Made by a program: the position numbers and the translations under genes. A DNA stretch of 47,891 bases from a virus. Lineage: Duplodnaviria > Caudoviricetes. Positions 1 through 8,358 of this stretch are shown in pieces. The stretch lies in the IMG/VR virus record IMGVR_UViG_3300043493_000024, positions 1 through 47,891 of that record. One strand, written 5' to 3'. How positions within the stretch are numbered: the stretch's first letter is position 1; each line of letters opens with the position of its first letter. Under the pieces are notes generated by a model. The model saw nothing but the letters and a program-made list of their open reading frames with translations, searched no databases and was not told where the DNA came from.

Positions 1-127
1 CAAAATTATTAGCTTCATGCGAGCCAAATAACCATGCAAAAAATTCATCAATTTGTGCTGGCGTTGCCGCCATCCAAGTTGGTACGTTGCTATTGCGCAT
101 TGACAATAAGCCCGGTTCGGTAGCACA
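1..127. repeat. Terminal direct repeat, copy 1 (circular-assembly overlap)
   Basis: 1-127 is identical to 47765-47891 and lies inside a CDS; 127 is a common assembler k-mer size. Confidence 0.95.
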
Positions 128-253
128 TAACACCGGACGCGGAGCGGTATTCATTATCGGAGTTTTGCCGCTACCGGGCGGACCATACACAAGAGACTTG
201 ACGCCAAATTGTCGCGCAAATGCACTAGCGGGAAATAGGTTATTTATGTTCAT
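1..253 (-). CDS. AAA/P-loop ATPase (Sak4/AAA_24-like), 5' part; continues across the join into 47358-47764
   Basis: Manual translation from ATG 253: MNINNLFPASAFARQFGVKSLVYGPPGSGKTPIMNTAPRPVLCATEPGLLSMRNS; Walker A GPPGSGKT; in frame with the 47358..47870 ORF. Confidence 0.88.
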   Translation of the reverse strand, partial: MNINNLFPASAFARQFGVKSLVYGPPGSGKTPIMNTAPRPVLCATEPGLLSMRNSNVPTWMAATPAQIDEFFAWLFGSHEANNF

Positions 254-414
254 TTTTCAATTTTTGGTTTGAATGGTGGAATATTTAATTCTAGCATATT
301 TGAATTGGAAAGAATAATTCTACAAACACATATACCATCAATATTTATCCAAGCTTTAGTTCTATCGGAACTAACAGTAATTTCAGCGCCGTGTTTTGGA
401 TTGTGATCTATCAT
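250..414 (-). CDS. Small hypothetical protein (54 aa), not in the ORF track
   Basis: MIDHNPKHGAEITVSSDRTKAWINIDGICVCRII...; ATGA overlaps with both neighbouring genes. Confidence 0.6.
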   Translation of the reverse strand: MIDHNPKHGAEITVSSDRTKAWINIDGICVCRIILSNSNMLELNIPPFKPKIEK

Positions 415-998
415 TTCTTTTTCTTCGGTTCTTTCAATTCAAGCAATGGTGCTTTGTCGGTTTTCGTTAGCACTCTATCAACAAGTTTTTTCATTTCTGC
501 AACTTCGGGATACGTTGCTGCGTCTTGTTCTAGCACTCGATACTGACTTAGAACAAGATCACATGACCACTTGAAAAGATTTACAGCGACGATAGCGCCA
601 TAGTTACCGATACCAGCTATCGCGCTTTGCACTTCCGACACTTTGTCTACATCGGAATCAAGAGTGTAGGAAAAATTAATTCCAGCTTTCAATTGATAGC
701 CGTTGCCTAGGTCAACCGTATTCATTCCCTCTTTTGGTGTCGGCACAAATACCTTTACAGCCACTTTGCGAAAATTCATTTCCGCTTCTTTTGCTGCGGT
801 AAGACGTTCTTTCAAACGTTGCCATAGCATCAAAATTCCATCGGCTGATACTGGCAGTAATTCATTAGTTAAAGTGTCGCGCATACTTTCAAGCGTTACC
901 GCGTCAATGGTCGCGGTAATAGGTTGCGGCGTTGCCACCACCGGAGCGGGCCATTGTGGCGGTTGCTCCGGTGGCTTCATATTTGACCAGTCAAACAT
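411..998 (-). CDS. Hypothetical protein in the replication/recombination arm
   Basis: 195-aa ORF co-oriented and coupled with the ATPase gene. Confidence 0.75.
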   Translation of the reverse strand: MFDWSNMKPPEQPPQWPAPVVATPQPITATIDAVTLESMRDTLTNELLPVSADGILMLWQRLKERLTAAKEAEMNFRKVAVKVFVPTPKEGMNTVDLGNGYQLKAGINFSYTLDSDVDKVSEVQSAIAGIGNYGAIVAVNLFKWSCDLVLSQYRVLEQDAATYPEVAEMKKLVDRVLTKTDKAPLLELKEPKKKK

Positions 999-1002
999 TG
1001 TA

Positions 1003-1236
1003 TTAAGCCCTGTTTGCCACAGTGGGCCACGGCTTTGTGGTTTCCGCTTGCGCGACTGTCAACGTGACATTATGCGGAAGTGGAATTTTTGTTGCGGGGG
1101 GATCATTGTAAGCAACAATTAAATGTTCAAGCGCATCGCCTAACGCTTGTTTTTCAGTGCGATCTTCGGTTTGTGCCATAACTTCGGAAAGCTTTTGCAT
1201 AACCGTATGCAGTTTGTTTTTTGCGCTAATTTTCAT
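1003..1236 (-). CDS. Hypothetical protein, first gene of the leftward arm
   Basis: ATG 1236 (MKISAKNKLH) preceded by AAGGA RBS. Confidence 0.65.
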   Translation of the reverse strand: MKISAKNKLHTVMQKLSEVMAQTEDRTEKQALGDALEHLIVAYNDPPATKIPLPHNVTLTVAQAETTKPWPTVANRA

Positions 1237-1339
1237 CGGGTGATTCCTTTTGTATGGTAGCAGCACTTCGCTTGAAGCATACTTGCAGTGCGATCATGCT
1301 TACCGTGTGCCCGTCGCCTCTTTCGCCAAGCCGGGCGCT

Positions 1340-1409
1340 AATTTCCCCTTGCCATTTTCCGCAAAGTGTGTCAAGTGCAAAATTGCAAAATTTGCAAAGG
1401 GTTTCCCAC
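1340..1409. promoter_or_regulatory. Divergent promoter/operator region
   Basis: CTTGCCA-N14-TGTCAAG imperfect palindrome (1348-1375) gives a -35-like hexamer on each strand; tandem TGCAAA(A) repeats at 1376-1398; lies between divergent operons. Confidence 0.55.
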
Positions 1410-1586
1410 ATGGCTAGCCTATCCGAGAAATCAGCCGAAACGCAACGAATAAATACCACTATAGAGACAACGCTGTTATTGCGGATTTGCAATCATGTTG
1501 AAAAAAAAGAAGGTAAGCGGCTGCAAATGTCGGAAGTGTTGCGCATTGTTTTAAGTGAGTACGCAACACAAAACACCATTGTTTAG
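1410..1586 (+). CDS. Small ribbon-helix-helix-like DNA-binding protein
   Basis: 58 aa from ATG 1410; strand-helix-helix pattern RINTTIE / TTLLLRICNHVEK / MSEVLRIVLSEY; directly before the primase. Confidence 0.5.
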   Translation: MASLSEKSAETQRINTTIETTLLLRICNHVEKKEGKRLQMSEVLRIVLSEYATQNTIV

Positions 1587-1588
1587 TA

Positions 1589-3904
1589 ATGTCATATTTA
1601 CAAATTCCATATGAGTTGCGCGAGTTGCCGCAATGGATCGTGTGGCGGTATGAAGAAATGGAATCACCTAAACCGACAAAGGTTCCTTATGATGCTAAAG
1701 CGCCATTAGGTGCGCGACACGGGAACGTTATTGACCTTAGTACATGGTCAACGTTTGTCGAAGCTGTAGAAACAAAAACACGATTAGGTTATGATGGCAT
1801 AGGATTTATATTTACTGAAAACGATCCTTACGCCGGAATAGATTTAGACGACCATAAAGGTGATCAACTTATGTATGATCGCCAATATCGGCTGTTCACA
1901 GAATTTAACAGTTACAGCGAAATTTCGCCAAGCGGAAAAGGGTTGCATATAATCTGTAAAGGTTCTGTTCCGAGTGGTCGCAAACGTTTTGGAATAGAGG
2001 TCTATTCAAGTGGCCGGTTTTTTACAATGACCGGCAACGTATATCATAGCGCACCAATACAGGAAAGAAACGATTTGTTAAACCAATTGTTTCAACAATT
2101 GGGCGGAATGACAAAAGCCGGAATATATATTGAAGGTGAGGAAGAAAAATATCCCGATAATGAAATTATTAGACAAGCTACCGCCGCAGTTAACGGTGAC
2201 AAGTTCCAGTTGCTACTTGACGGCAATTGGCAGAATGCCGCTTATAAATCGCAATCGGAAGCTGATTTAGCATTTATTGATATTCTTGCATTTTACACGC
2301 AAAACCGTCCGCAAATACGGCGCATATATGCAGCGTCAAAATTAGGATCAACGCCAAAAGGTCCGTATGCACATAGAAGTGATCGTGTGGATTATGTTGA
2401 ATTTATGATTAACAAGTCATTTGATAATATGACACCACACATTGATATACAATCACTCAAAAATTCTTTGAATGAAGTTCTAGGCAACAAACAAGTTCAG
2501 GTTGAAATGTTTTCGCTAGAAGATGCTCGCAACAGTGAAGTTCCACCTAAAAATGTGGGAACCGTTCCACCGGGTTTGTTAGGCGATATTGCAACATACA
2601 TTTTCAATAGTTCACCTAAACCGATTGTCGAAATATCGTTAGCGGCTGCGATTGGTCTAATGGCTGGAATCTGCGGACGCGGTTGGAATGTTGAAGGCGC
2701 GGGACTAAATCAATATGTGATCGTGTTAGCTGGTACAGGCACAGGGAAAGAAGCAGCGATTATAGGTATTGGAAAGTTAATGGCTGCTATTCATTCTCGC
2801 GTTCCCACATCTACATCATTTATTGGACCATCTAAGATTGCTTCGGAAGCAGGATTGATAAAATACATTGCAAACAAATCACAATGTTTTCTTAGTATTA
2901 TAGGTGAATTTGGTTATTTTATGGAGGATATAGGTTCTAAACATTCTAATAGTGTGTTGCGCGGTATTCGGAAAATGTTGTTAGACATATATATGAAATC
3001 TAGTGCGGGCGGCAATCAATTAGAATCTGCATATTCAGATAGTGAAAAGAGTACAGGCATAATTAAGTCGCCATCGGTTTCAATATTAGGTGAAAGTACA
3101 CAATATAAGTTTTTCAAAGCACTTGATGAAGATATGATTTTAGAAGGTTTGTTGCCGCGATTTTTGATTTTAGAATATGACGGACCAATACTTCCAATAA
3201 ATAAGGATCATCATAAGAAGTTGCCATCATTTGAAATGGTTGATAAGTTAGCTACACTTTGCGCACATGCACATTCATTGATGCATAATGGTAAGGTGCA
3301 AGAGGTTCAACTTAGCGGCGATGCAACGCGCATATTTGATAAGCTAGAAGAATATTGTACGCTACAGGGAAATAGAGCAAAACGCGAAGCGTTGAAAGAA
3401 CTATGGACGCGCGTGCATTTGAAAGCTAAGAAGTTGGCCGCATTGGTGGCAGTTGGTGTTAATCCTTACGCTCCGGTAATTGATCGCACTATTTCGGAAT
3501 GGTCCATTGATCTTGTGCGCGGTGATACGCAATCAATAATTCACCGTTTCGAGACTGGCGAAGTTGGATTAGATACCGAAGAATCAAAGCAGCTTGCGCG
3601 CGTGCAAGAGGCAATGAAACAATATATAAATGATGATGGTATTGTAGAGAAATATGGATTAGATCGCCGCTTGCATAAAGATAGAATCATACCAGCACAA
3701 TATTTGTCGCGGCGGTTGATTGCGGACGCTGCATTTCGTCATGATAGATTAGGTCCGGCAATTGCTATAAAACGCACGTTGCAAGTGTTAGTTGATAATG
3801 GGGATATTTGCGAAGTAGGTAAGCAAGATATGTCGGCAAAGTATGGATTTACAGGGCGGAGTTTTATGGTGTCTAATCTAGCAATCATAGGTGTAAAGAA
3901 ATGA
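1589..3904 (+). CDS. Primase-polymerase (NrS-1/AEP-like) fused to a C-terminal helicase-like P-loop domain (DUF3987-like)
   Basis: Motifs PQWIVWR, GIDLD, SEISPSGKGLHI, IEVYSSGRFFTMTG, SQSEADLA; P-loop AGTGTGKE. Confidence 0.88.
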   Translation: MSYLQIPYELRELPQWIVWRYEEMESPKPTKVPYDAKAPLGARHGNVIDLSTWSTFVEAVETKTRLGYDGIGFIFTENDPYAGIDLDDHKGDQLMYDRQYRLFTEFNSYSEISPSGKGLHIICKGSVPSGRKRFGIEVYSSGRFFTMTGNVYHSAPIQERNDLLNQLFQQLGGMTKAGIYIEGEEEKYPDNEIIRQATAAVNGDKFQLLLDGNWQNAAYKSQSEADLAFIDILAFYTQNRPQIRRIYAASKLGSTPKGPYAHRSDRVDYVEFMINKSFDNMTPHIDIQSLKNSLNEVLGNKQVQVEMFSLEDARNSEVPPKNVGTVPPGLLGDIATYIFNSSPKPIVEISLAAAIGLMAGICGRGWNVEGAGLNQYVIVLAGTGTGKEAAIIGIGKLMAAIHSRVPTSTSFIGPSKIASEAGLIKYIANKSQCFLSIIGEFGYFMEDIGSKHSNSVLRGIRKMLLDIYMKSSAGGNQLESAYSDSEKSTGIIKSPSVSILGESTQYKFFKALDEDMILEGLLPRFLILEYDGPILPINKDHHKKLPSFEMVDKLATLCAHAHSLMHNGKVQEVQLSGDATRIFDKLEEYCTLQGNRAKREALKELWTRVHLKAKKLAALVAVGVNPYAPVIDRTISEWSIDLVRGDTQSIIHRFETGEVGLDTEESKQLARVQEAMKQYINDDGIVEKYGLDRRLHKDRIIPAQYLSRRLIADAAFRHDRLGPAIAIKRTLQVLVDNGDICEVGKQDMSAKYGFTGRSFMVSNLAIIGVKK

Positions 3905-4089
3905 GCAAGAAACAAACAAAACAAATACGCAAAACAGCTAGACGTAAAGCTAAACAAATTGCGGAAAATAGAAAAGGATTAAAAGCAATTAGTGATATTA
4001 GATTTATGGTAAATAGAAATATTTTATACGAAAGTGATTTGTTGTTATTTGGTAGTTTGTTAAGAGGTAGAAAAAATGACCGCATATAG
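3901..4089 (+). CDS. Small basic hypothetical protein
   Basis: ATGA overlap with the primase stop; Lys/Arg-rich. Confidence 0.55.
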   Translation: MSKKQTKQIRKTARRKAKQIAENRKGLKAISDIRFMVNRNILYESDLLLFGSLLRGRKNDRI

Positions 4090-4255
4090 TAACGACTGGT
4101 ACAAGAAAAATAAACTAAATAAACAAAGAGTAGAAAATCGCTACGGTATGGCAGCATTGCCGCCAAAAAATTCAAAAGGTGACTTAAAGAAAATGTTAGA
4201 GGAAGCTGCACAAAATACTGCGCGATTGCCGAAGTTGAATAGGTACGAAAAATGA
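4076..4255 (+). CDS. Small hypothetical protein (59 aa), not in the ORF track
   Basis: MTAYSNDWYKKNK...LKKMLEEAAQNTARLP; GAGG RBS; ATGA overlap with the next ORF. Confidence 0.55.
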   Translation: MTAYSNDWYKKNKLNKQRVENRYGMAALPPKNSKGDLKKMLEEAAQNTARLPKLNRYEK

Positions 4256-4416
4256 ATCAAATGCAACCAGATGAACACGCGGAACGGATGGCGCGTGCTA
4301 TTGAGTTAGCTTCGCCACTGATACGGAAGTTACTTAACACATTTCCATATTTTGTTGATACGTCGGCATTGAAAGAGTTAGAGGAATCGAGTGCAGCTTG
4401 GAGGAAACGAAAATGA
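4252..4416 (+). CDS. Small hypothetical protein (54 aa), not in the ORF track
   Basis: MNQMQPDEHAERMARAIELA...; ATGA overlaps at both ends. Confidence 0.55.
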   Translation: MNQMQPDEHAERMARAIELASPLIRKLLNTFPYFVDTSALKELEESSAAWRKRK

Positions 4417-5078
4417 CTGACAACAATCGAGCCGTGTTTGAACAGCGTGGCACGTCACTAACGGCGCTAGATGATTTCCCCACACCACCATGGGCAACGC
4501 GAGCGTTAATGGAATATGTTCTTAAACCAGTTGGTTATGATCCGTGTGCAAATGTACTTGAACCGGCTTGTGGGCGCGGTCATATGGCGCGGACGTTGCA
4601 AGAATATTTTGATACGGTAACTGTTAGTGATTTAGCAGAATATGGGCAAACTAATATGTTTATTGATTATTTGAATTATGTTTTTAAGCCACATAACTGG
4701 ATCATCACAAATCCACCATTCAAGGCTGCGCATCGGTTTATTGAAAAGGCATTAACTGAAGCAACGCATGGTGTTGCGATGTTTGTTCGCACTGCGTTTC
4801 TTGAAGGTCAAGACAGATATTTGAATTTGTATCAACATAAGAAACCTAACATTATTGCACAGTTTGCGGAACGGGTTGTGTTGCATGAAGGCGTTTGTCG
4901 CGATCCTGATAAAATGTATCAAGACGCGGAAACTGGATTGTGGAAAAAACCTAGCACAGCAACAAGCTACGCTTGGCTAGTGTGGTATGTTAAACAGCCG
5001 GTTAAGGGTTCGTTCTCACAATTTATGTGGATACCGCCGCAACGTGTCGAGCTAACAAGGATTAATGATTATGTGTGA
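4413..5078 (+). CDS. DNA amino-methyltransferase (probably N6-adenine)
   Basis: DDFPTPPWAT, SAM-binding LEPACGRGH, catalytic ITNPPF; GGAGG RBS before ATG 4413. Confidence 0.85.
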   Translation: MTDNNRAVFEQRGTSLTALDDFPTPPWATRALMEYVLKPVGYDPCANVLEPACGRGHMARTLQEYFDTVTVSDLAEYGQTNMFIDYLNYVFKPHNWIITNPPFKAAHRFIEKALTEATHGVAMFVRTAFLEGQDRYLNLYQHKKPNIIAQFAERVVLHEGVCRDPDKMYQDAETGLWKKPSTATSYAWLVWYVKQPVKGSFSQFMWIPPQRVELTRINDYV

Positions 5079-5097
5079 TTTTGCTGGATTTTTACTG

Positions 5098-5160
5098 TAA
5101 CAATTCGTGATGATGGAAAGTGATACGGCTATTGACACTGCTTAGAATGTAGCTATGATG
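5098..5160 (+). promoter_or_regulatory. Early promoter repeat P1
   Basis: TTGACA(5132)-N16-TATGAT; the ~60-bp block is near-identical to 8941-9002. Confidence 0.8.
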
Positions 5161-5182
5161 GTCATATCAGAACGGGAGTTAG

Positions 5183-5368
5183 GGAGCAAGTGACATGATT
5201 ACTCCGAAGCAAGCCGACAAAATTATCGCCGCTGGCAAGCCGGTAACGGTGCGTCACATTCCATCCGGTGACGTGTTCACTAAAACTTTCGTTGCGCGTG
5301 ATCGTCGTTGCATTGAAAGCAGCGATAATGGTAAGTTTGAACGCGACGATTTGGAGCAAGTGACATGA
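5183..5368 (+). repeat. 16-bp direct repeat GGAGCAAGTGACATGA (5183-5198 and 5353-5368)
   Basis: Exact copies; each contains an RBS plus ATG. Confidence 0.85.
5195..5368 (+). CDS. Small early protein (57 aa), not in the ORF track
   Basis: MITPKQADKIIAAGKPVTVRHIPSGDVFTKTF...; GGGAG RBS; first ORF after P1. Confidence 0.7.
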   Translation: MITPKQADKIIAAGKPVTVRHIPSGDVFTKTFVARDRRCIESSDNGKFERDDLEQVT

Positions 5369-5553
5369 CCAAACGTAAAGCCGCGATGATTCGCAAAGCA
5401 GAATGGAAACTGGCGCTTGCAGAGGGCCGCGTTATCCGCGTTGGTTTAGCGATGACTAGCTATCCGACTATTGAAGCGGCAAATACCGCGTTGATTGCTG
5501 GCCGTGAAGCTGGCGCAGAACGTGTTATACTACAACGGGAGCTAACATCATGA
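5365..5553 (+). CDS. Small early hypothetical protein
   Basis: GGAG RBS, ATGA coupling. Confidence 0.65.
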   Translation: MTKRKAAMIRKAEWKLALAEGRVIRVGLAMTSYPTIEAANTALIAGREAGAERVILQRELTS

Positions 5554-5795
5554 TTATTAAAAACGGTGGCGCTATAAAACCTCTTGCGGATAGCAAGATC
5601 GAATCAATAGGCTGGAATGGTGCAAGTGGAACGTCCTATTATACCTTGTCAGTGCAGCGACGTGATGATGGTTCTAAACGAGATGGACCGCGTTATATGC
5701 ACGTCACGTTGACGCAACTTGAAATGGAACGTGTAATGGAAAAGTGGATACAATTTCGTGTATATGATAGCGTGCCGCAAAACTTCAAACCCTAG
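5550..5795 (+). CDS. Small early hypothetical protein
   Basis: GGGAG RBS, ATGA coupling. Confidence 0.65.
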   Translation: MIIKNGGAIKPLADSKIESIGWNGASGTSYYTLSVQRRDDGSKRDGPRYMHVTLTQLEMERVMEKWIQFRVYDSVPQNFKP

Positions 5796-5890
5796 CGGCA
5801 TCGCAATTGTTATGATTTCCATCATTATTGCAGCCGTGTGGCTGTGGCGGTTCGGCGTTGACGGGACACGAAAATGGAGAAAAGCATATT

Positions 5891-6247
5891 ATGACATACG
5901 CTAACAGCAAGCTTATAAATTCATCTTCAAATCCTCTTTGGGATCATCGTTGTAATATGTTGCGAGCGGCGGCAAAGCAAAAAGGAACGTCTTTTGATCT
6001 TAGTCCCTTTGACCTTAGATTTGCGTGGACGGGCGCGTGCGCGTGCTGTAGAGCGCCAATTGATGTGCGGAACAAGGGAACTGACCGCAAAAGATGGTCA
6101 ACGATTGATAGGATCAACAACGAAAAAGGTTATGTTTCTGGCAATGTAGCTTGGTTATGTTTTTCATGTAACCATTTGAAAGGTAATGGTACAGTAACAA
6201 TGTTTGAACGATTGTTAGCGTACATGCGGCGAAAGCCGATAATATAA
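5891..6247 (+). CDS. HNH-family endonuclease
   Basis: CACC...STIDRINNEKGYVSGNVAWLCFSCNHLKG His-Me finger pattern; GGAG RBS before ATG 5891. Confidence 0.8.
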   Translation: MTYANSKLINSSSNPLWDHRCNMLRAAAKQKGTSFDLSPFDLRFAWTGACACCRAPIDVRNKGTDRKRWSTIDRINNEKGYVSGNVAWLCFSCNHLKGNGTVTMFERLLAYMRRKPII

Positions 6248-6500
6248 GGATATAATAAAAATATAAACGGGCCGTTGGAAATTCTCTAATGAAATCAAAC
6301 ACCTATAAGGATATACGAAATATAAGGGGGCAGACCTATATCCCCCTCCCCCTATACCCTATACTACCCGTTCCAGTGCCGTTTACATCTTCTTATTATT
6401 ATATATATTATATTATTATATATTAAGAATAAGAGATTGAAAAGATAGAAGAATTTTGGAGAATTGGAATTGTATATTTCTTAGATTTGTTATAACTTAC
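6243..6500. other. Putative replication origin (AT-rich non-coding region with short iterons)
   Basis: TATAAGGATATA at 6243 and 6304, TATAAGG at 6321, several CCTATA copies, pure A/T run at 6393-6426. Confidence 0.55.
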
Positions 6501-6591
6501 CTACGTTAGGGAACTACGCTAAGAACAACAGTGCTAACTTCTACGGAAAGTGGAATGAGAGACTACAACAGGCAACCGGAGTGTGGGAAAC

Positions 6592-6765
6592 ATGGCTGGA
6601 AAACAGGTTGATTTCAAATGCATTGGCGATCATTGTTGCTCGCGTTTAGCGTGCCATGCATTCGGCTATTGCCGTGAACGTAACTTTGACGGCAAGGGAA
6701 TGAGTAAGCAAGAGTGCGAGCGGCGGAAGCGTGAATCAGATCAGGAAGGGAAAGAACATGGATAA
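6592..6765 (+). CDS. Small Cys-rich hypothetical protein
   Basis: CIGDHCCSRLACHAFGYCRE; GGAG upstream. Confidence 0.55.
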   Translation: MAGKQVDFKCIGDHCCSRLACHAFGYCRERNFDGKGMSKQECERRKRESDQEGKEHG

Positions 6766-6970
6766 CATTATAAGGCTTGACATTGGCCACCGACCACCAA
6801 AGGCAACTCGACTGCTGCATAAAAGTTATGCGGACGGTTATCAATCTGGCATGATCTTTTTTCGTAAATATGGTATTGACATTTGCAACAAGTTTCTGAA
6901 AAAGTTGCAACCGCGTAACGACTTTGATCGTGGCGTTTATGATGCAATCGAAAAAGCGTTAGGTGGCTGA
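6758..6970 (+). CDS. Hypothetical protein
   Basis: ATG 6758 after a purine-rich RBS; overlaps its neighbours. Confidence 0.55.
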   Translation: MDNIIRLDIGHRPPKATRLLHKSYADGYQSGMIFFRKYGIDICNKFLKKLQPRNDFDRGVYDAIEKALGG

Positions 6971-7199
6971 CATTATGTGCTTGCACAATTCATACGTTGA
7001 CGACATGCGGCCGAATCGTCGTAGTGATGTTGTCGAGTTGAATTATTATTACAACTGGCATTTGTTGATATTGAGACATGTTGCTGATACAGGCTTGCCA
7101 AGGCAGCGTGTTGAATTATACAAGATCAAATGTAAGATCATATGGGATGCTGACACTGGCGAAGTGTTCACGGTTGATATGAACGGGGAACGGATATGA
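6963..7199 (+). CDS. Hypothetical protein
   Basis: Tightly packed plus-strand ORF. Confidence 0.5.
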   Translation: MADIMCLHNSYVDDMRPNRRSDVVELNYYYNWHLLILRHVADTGLPRQRVELYKIKCKIIWDADTGEVFTVDMNGERI

Positions 7200-7366
7200 A
7201 AACAGCATATGAAATTGATACATCTGTTGACGGAAAAGAATGGCACCGATTGCCAAGGCGTTGTGAAACATTTTCGGAAATGTCGCAAGTAGCAATAGCG
7301 TTTGTTGATTTGTATTTACCAAGTGCGAGTGAAACTATTGCAATTCGATTTAGGAAGGTTCTTTGA
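7196..7366 (+). CDS. Small hypothetical protein (56 aa), not in the ORF track
   Basis: MKTAYEIDTSVDGKEWHRLPRRCETF...; ATGA overlap. Confidence 0.55.
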   Translation: MKTAYEIDTSVDGKEWHRLPRRCETFSEMSQVAIAFVDLYLPSASETIAIRFRKVL

Positions 7367-7575
7367 TGACACTTACAGAACAATTATTACAGTCAAGGCC
7401 ATATAGACCGCAGCGAACGCCAATGCATTTTGGTCAATATATGTGGAAAGGTAACGCTCCTGAGTTATGGGGTGAATATAAGATGTACAATACGCGGCAT
7501 TTACCGGTAGTGATTCCAGGTCAAGATGTGCAAGACAAGACAACGAAAGGATTGTGGCAATGGCAAAACAATTAA
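7363..7575 (+). CDS. Hypothetical protein
   Basis: Coupled ORF with AGGAAGG RBS. Confidence 0.55.
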   Translation: MMTLTEQLLQSRPYRPQRTPMHFGQYMWKGNAPELWGEYKMYNTRHLPVVIPGQDVQDKTTKGLWQWQNN

Positions 7576-7976
7576 CACCGGAACAGCTTGCGGCTTGTGG
7601 GTCCGAAGATGGGCACCAAATGGCATTGTTTCAATGGGCGTCAATGAATGTGGGTAGGTGGCCGCAACTTGCGCGTATGTTCCATATTCAGAATGCGAGC
7701 ACGAATAAGAGCGCACGGGTAATGGGTGTTAAGGCTGGCGTGCCTGATATTATGTTGCCGTGCATATGCTCGCGCATGATGGGTAATCATCGTGTGGTGT
7801 TGTCGGGATTATTTATTGAGCTAAAGCGACCGGCTGCTAAAGATAAGGCAATAGGCCGAATCAGTGCCGATCAAGACGACTGCCAAACGTATCTTAATAA
7901 TGCCGGTTATCGTGCTGTTACGTGTTATGGCTGGCAAGAAGCTAGGGACGCTATTGTTGCATATTTATCACAATGA
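7560..7976 (+). CDS. VRR-NUC domain nuclease (Holliday-junction resolvase-like)
   Basis: GVKAGVPDIML...GLFIELKR...SADQ...GYRAVTCYG PD-(D/E)xK pattern. Confidence 0.85.
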   Translation: MAKQLTPEQLAACGSEDGHQMALFQWASMNVGRWPQLARMFHIQNASTNKSARVMGVKAGVPDIMLPCICSRMMGNHRVVLSGLFIELKRPAAKDKAIGRISADQDDCQTYLNNAGYRAVTCYGWQEARDAIVAYLSQ

Positions 7977-8006
7977 CGGAAAGTCAAAAATAATTGGAAA
8001 TAGGTG

Positions 8007-8034
8007 TTGACACCGTTTGAAATGTTGCTATTGT
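8007..8034 (+). promoter_or_regulatory. Early promoter repeat P2
   Basis: TTGACA-N16-TATTGT; shares GTTTGAAATGTTGCTAT with P3. Confidence 0.75.
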
Positions 8035-8062
8035 CACGGTTATGCAAACGGGAGCGACGGCA

Positions 8063-8344
8063 ATGGCAACGCAAAAACATTACAACGGCGCAACAGAATT
8101 AAAGGGTGTTTTCTCTAGCGGCAACAAGCTTTTTGGGCAACCAATTGATTTTGTGCCGATATTTGTTCCGGGTGTTGGTTGGGATAGGGGATATGTTCCG
8201 GTTGATCGTACTATCACTTATAAGTCAAATCCTTTGCGACATGATTGTGATGCACGTTGTATGAATGCTACCGGGCGTATAATGCAATGTGAATGCTCTT
8301 GCGGTGGCAAGAATCATGGTCGCGGTGCTTTTAACTGTAGCTAA
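8063..8344 (+). CDS. Early protein with a C-terminal Cys/His metal-binding motif
   Basis: HDCDARCMNATG...CECSCGGKNHG; GGGAG RBS. Confidence 0.7.
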   Translation: MATQKHYNGATELKGVFSSGNKLFGQPIDFVPIFVPGVGWDRGYVPVDRTITYKSNPLRHDCDARCMNATGRIMQCECSCGGKNHGRGAFNCS

Positions 8345-8358
8345 CGGGGGAACGTGAT

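Noticed and set aside
1237-1345. Known riboswitch or ribozyme (SAM-II, c-di-GMP, hammerhead)
   Set aside because: Core consensus nucleotides are not matched by eye; kept only as an unassigned structured leader
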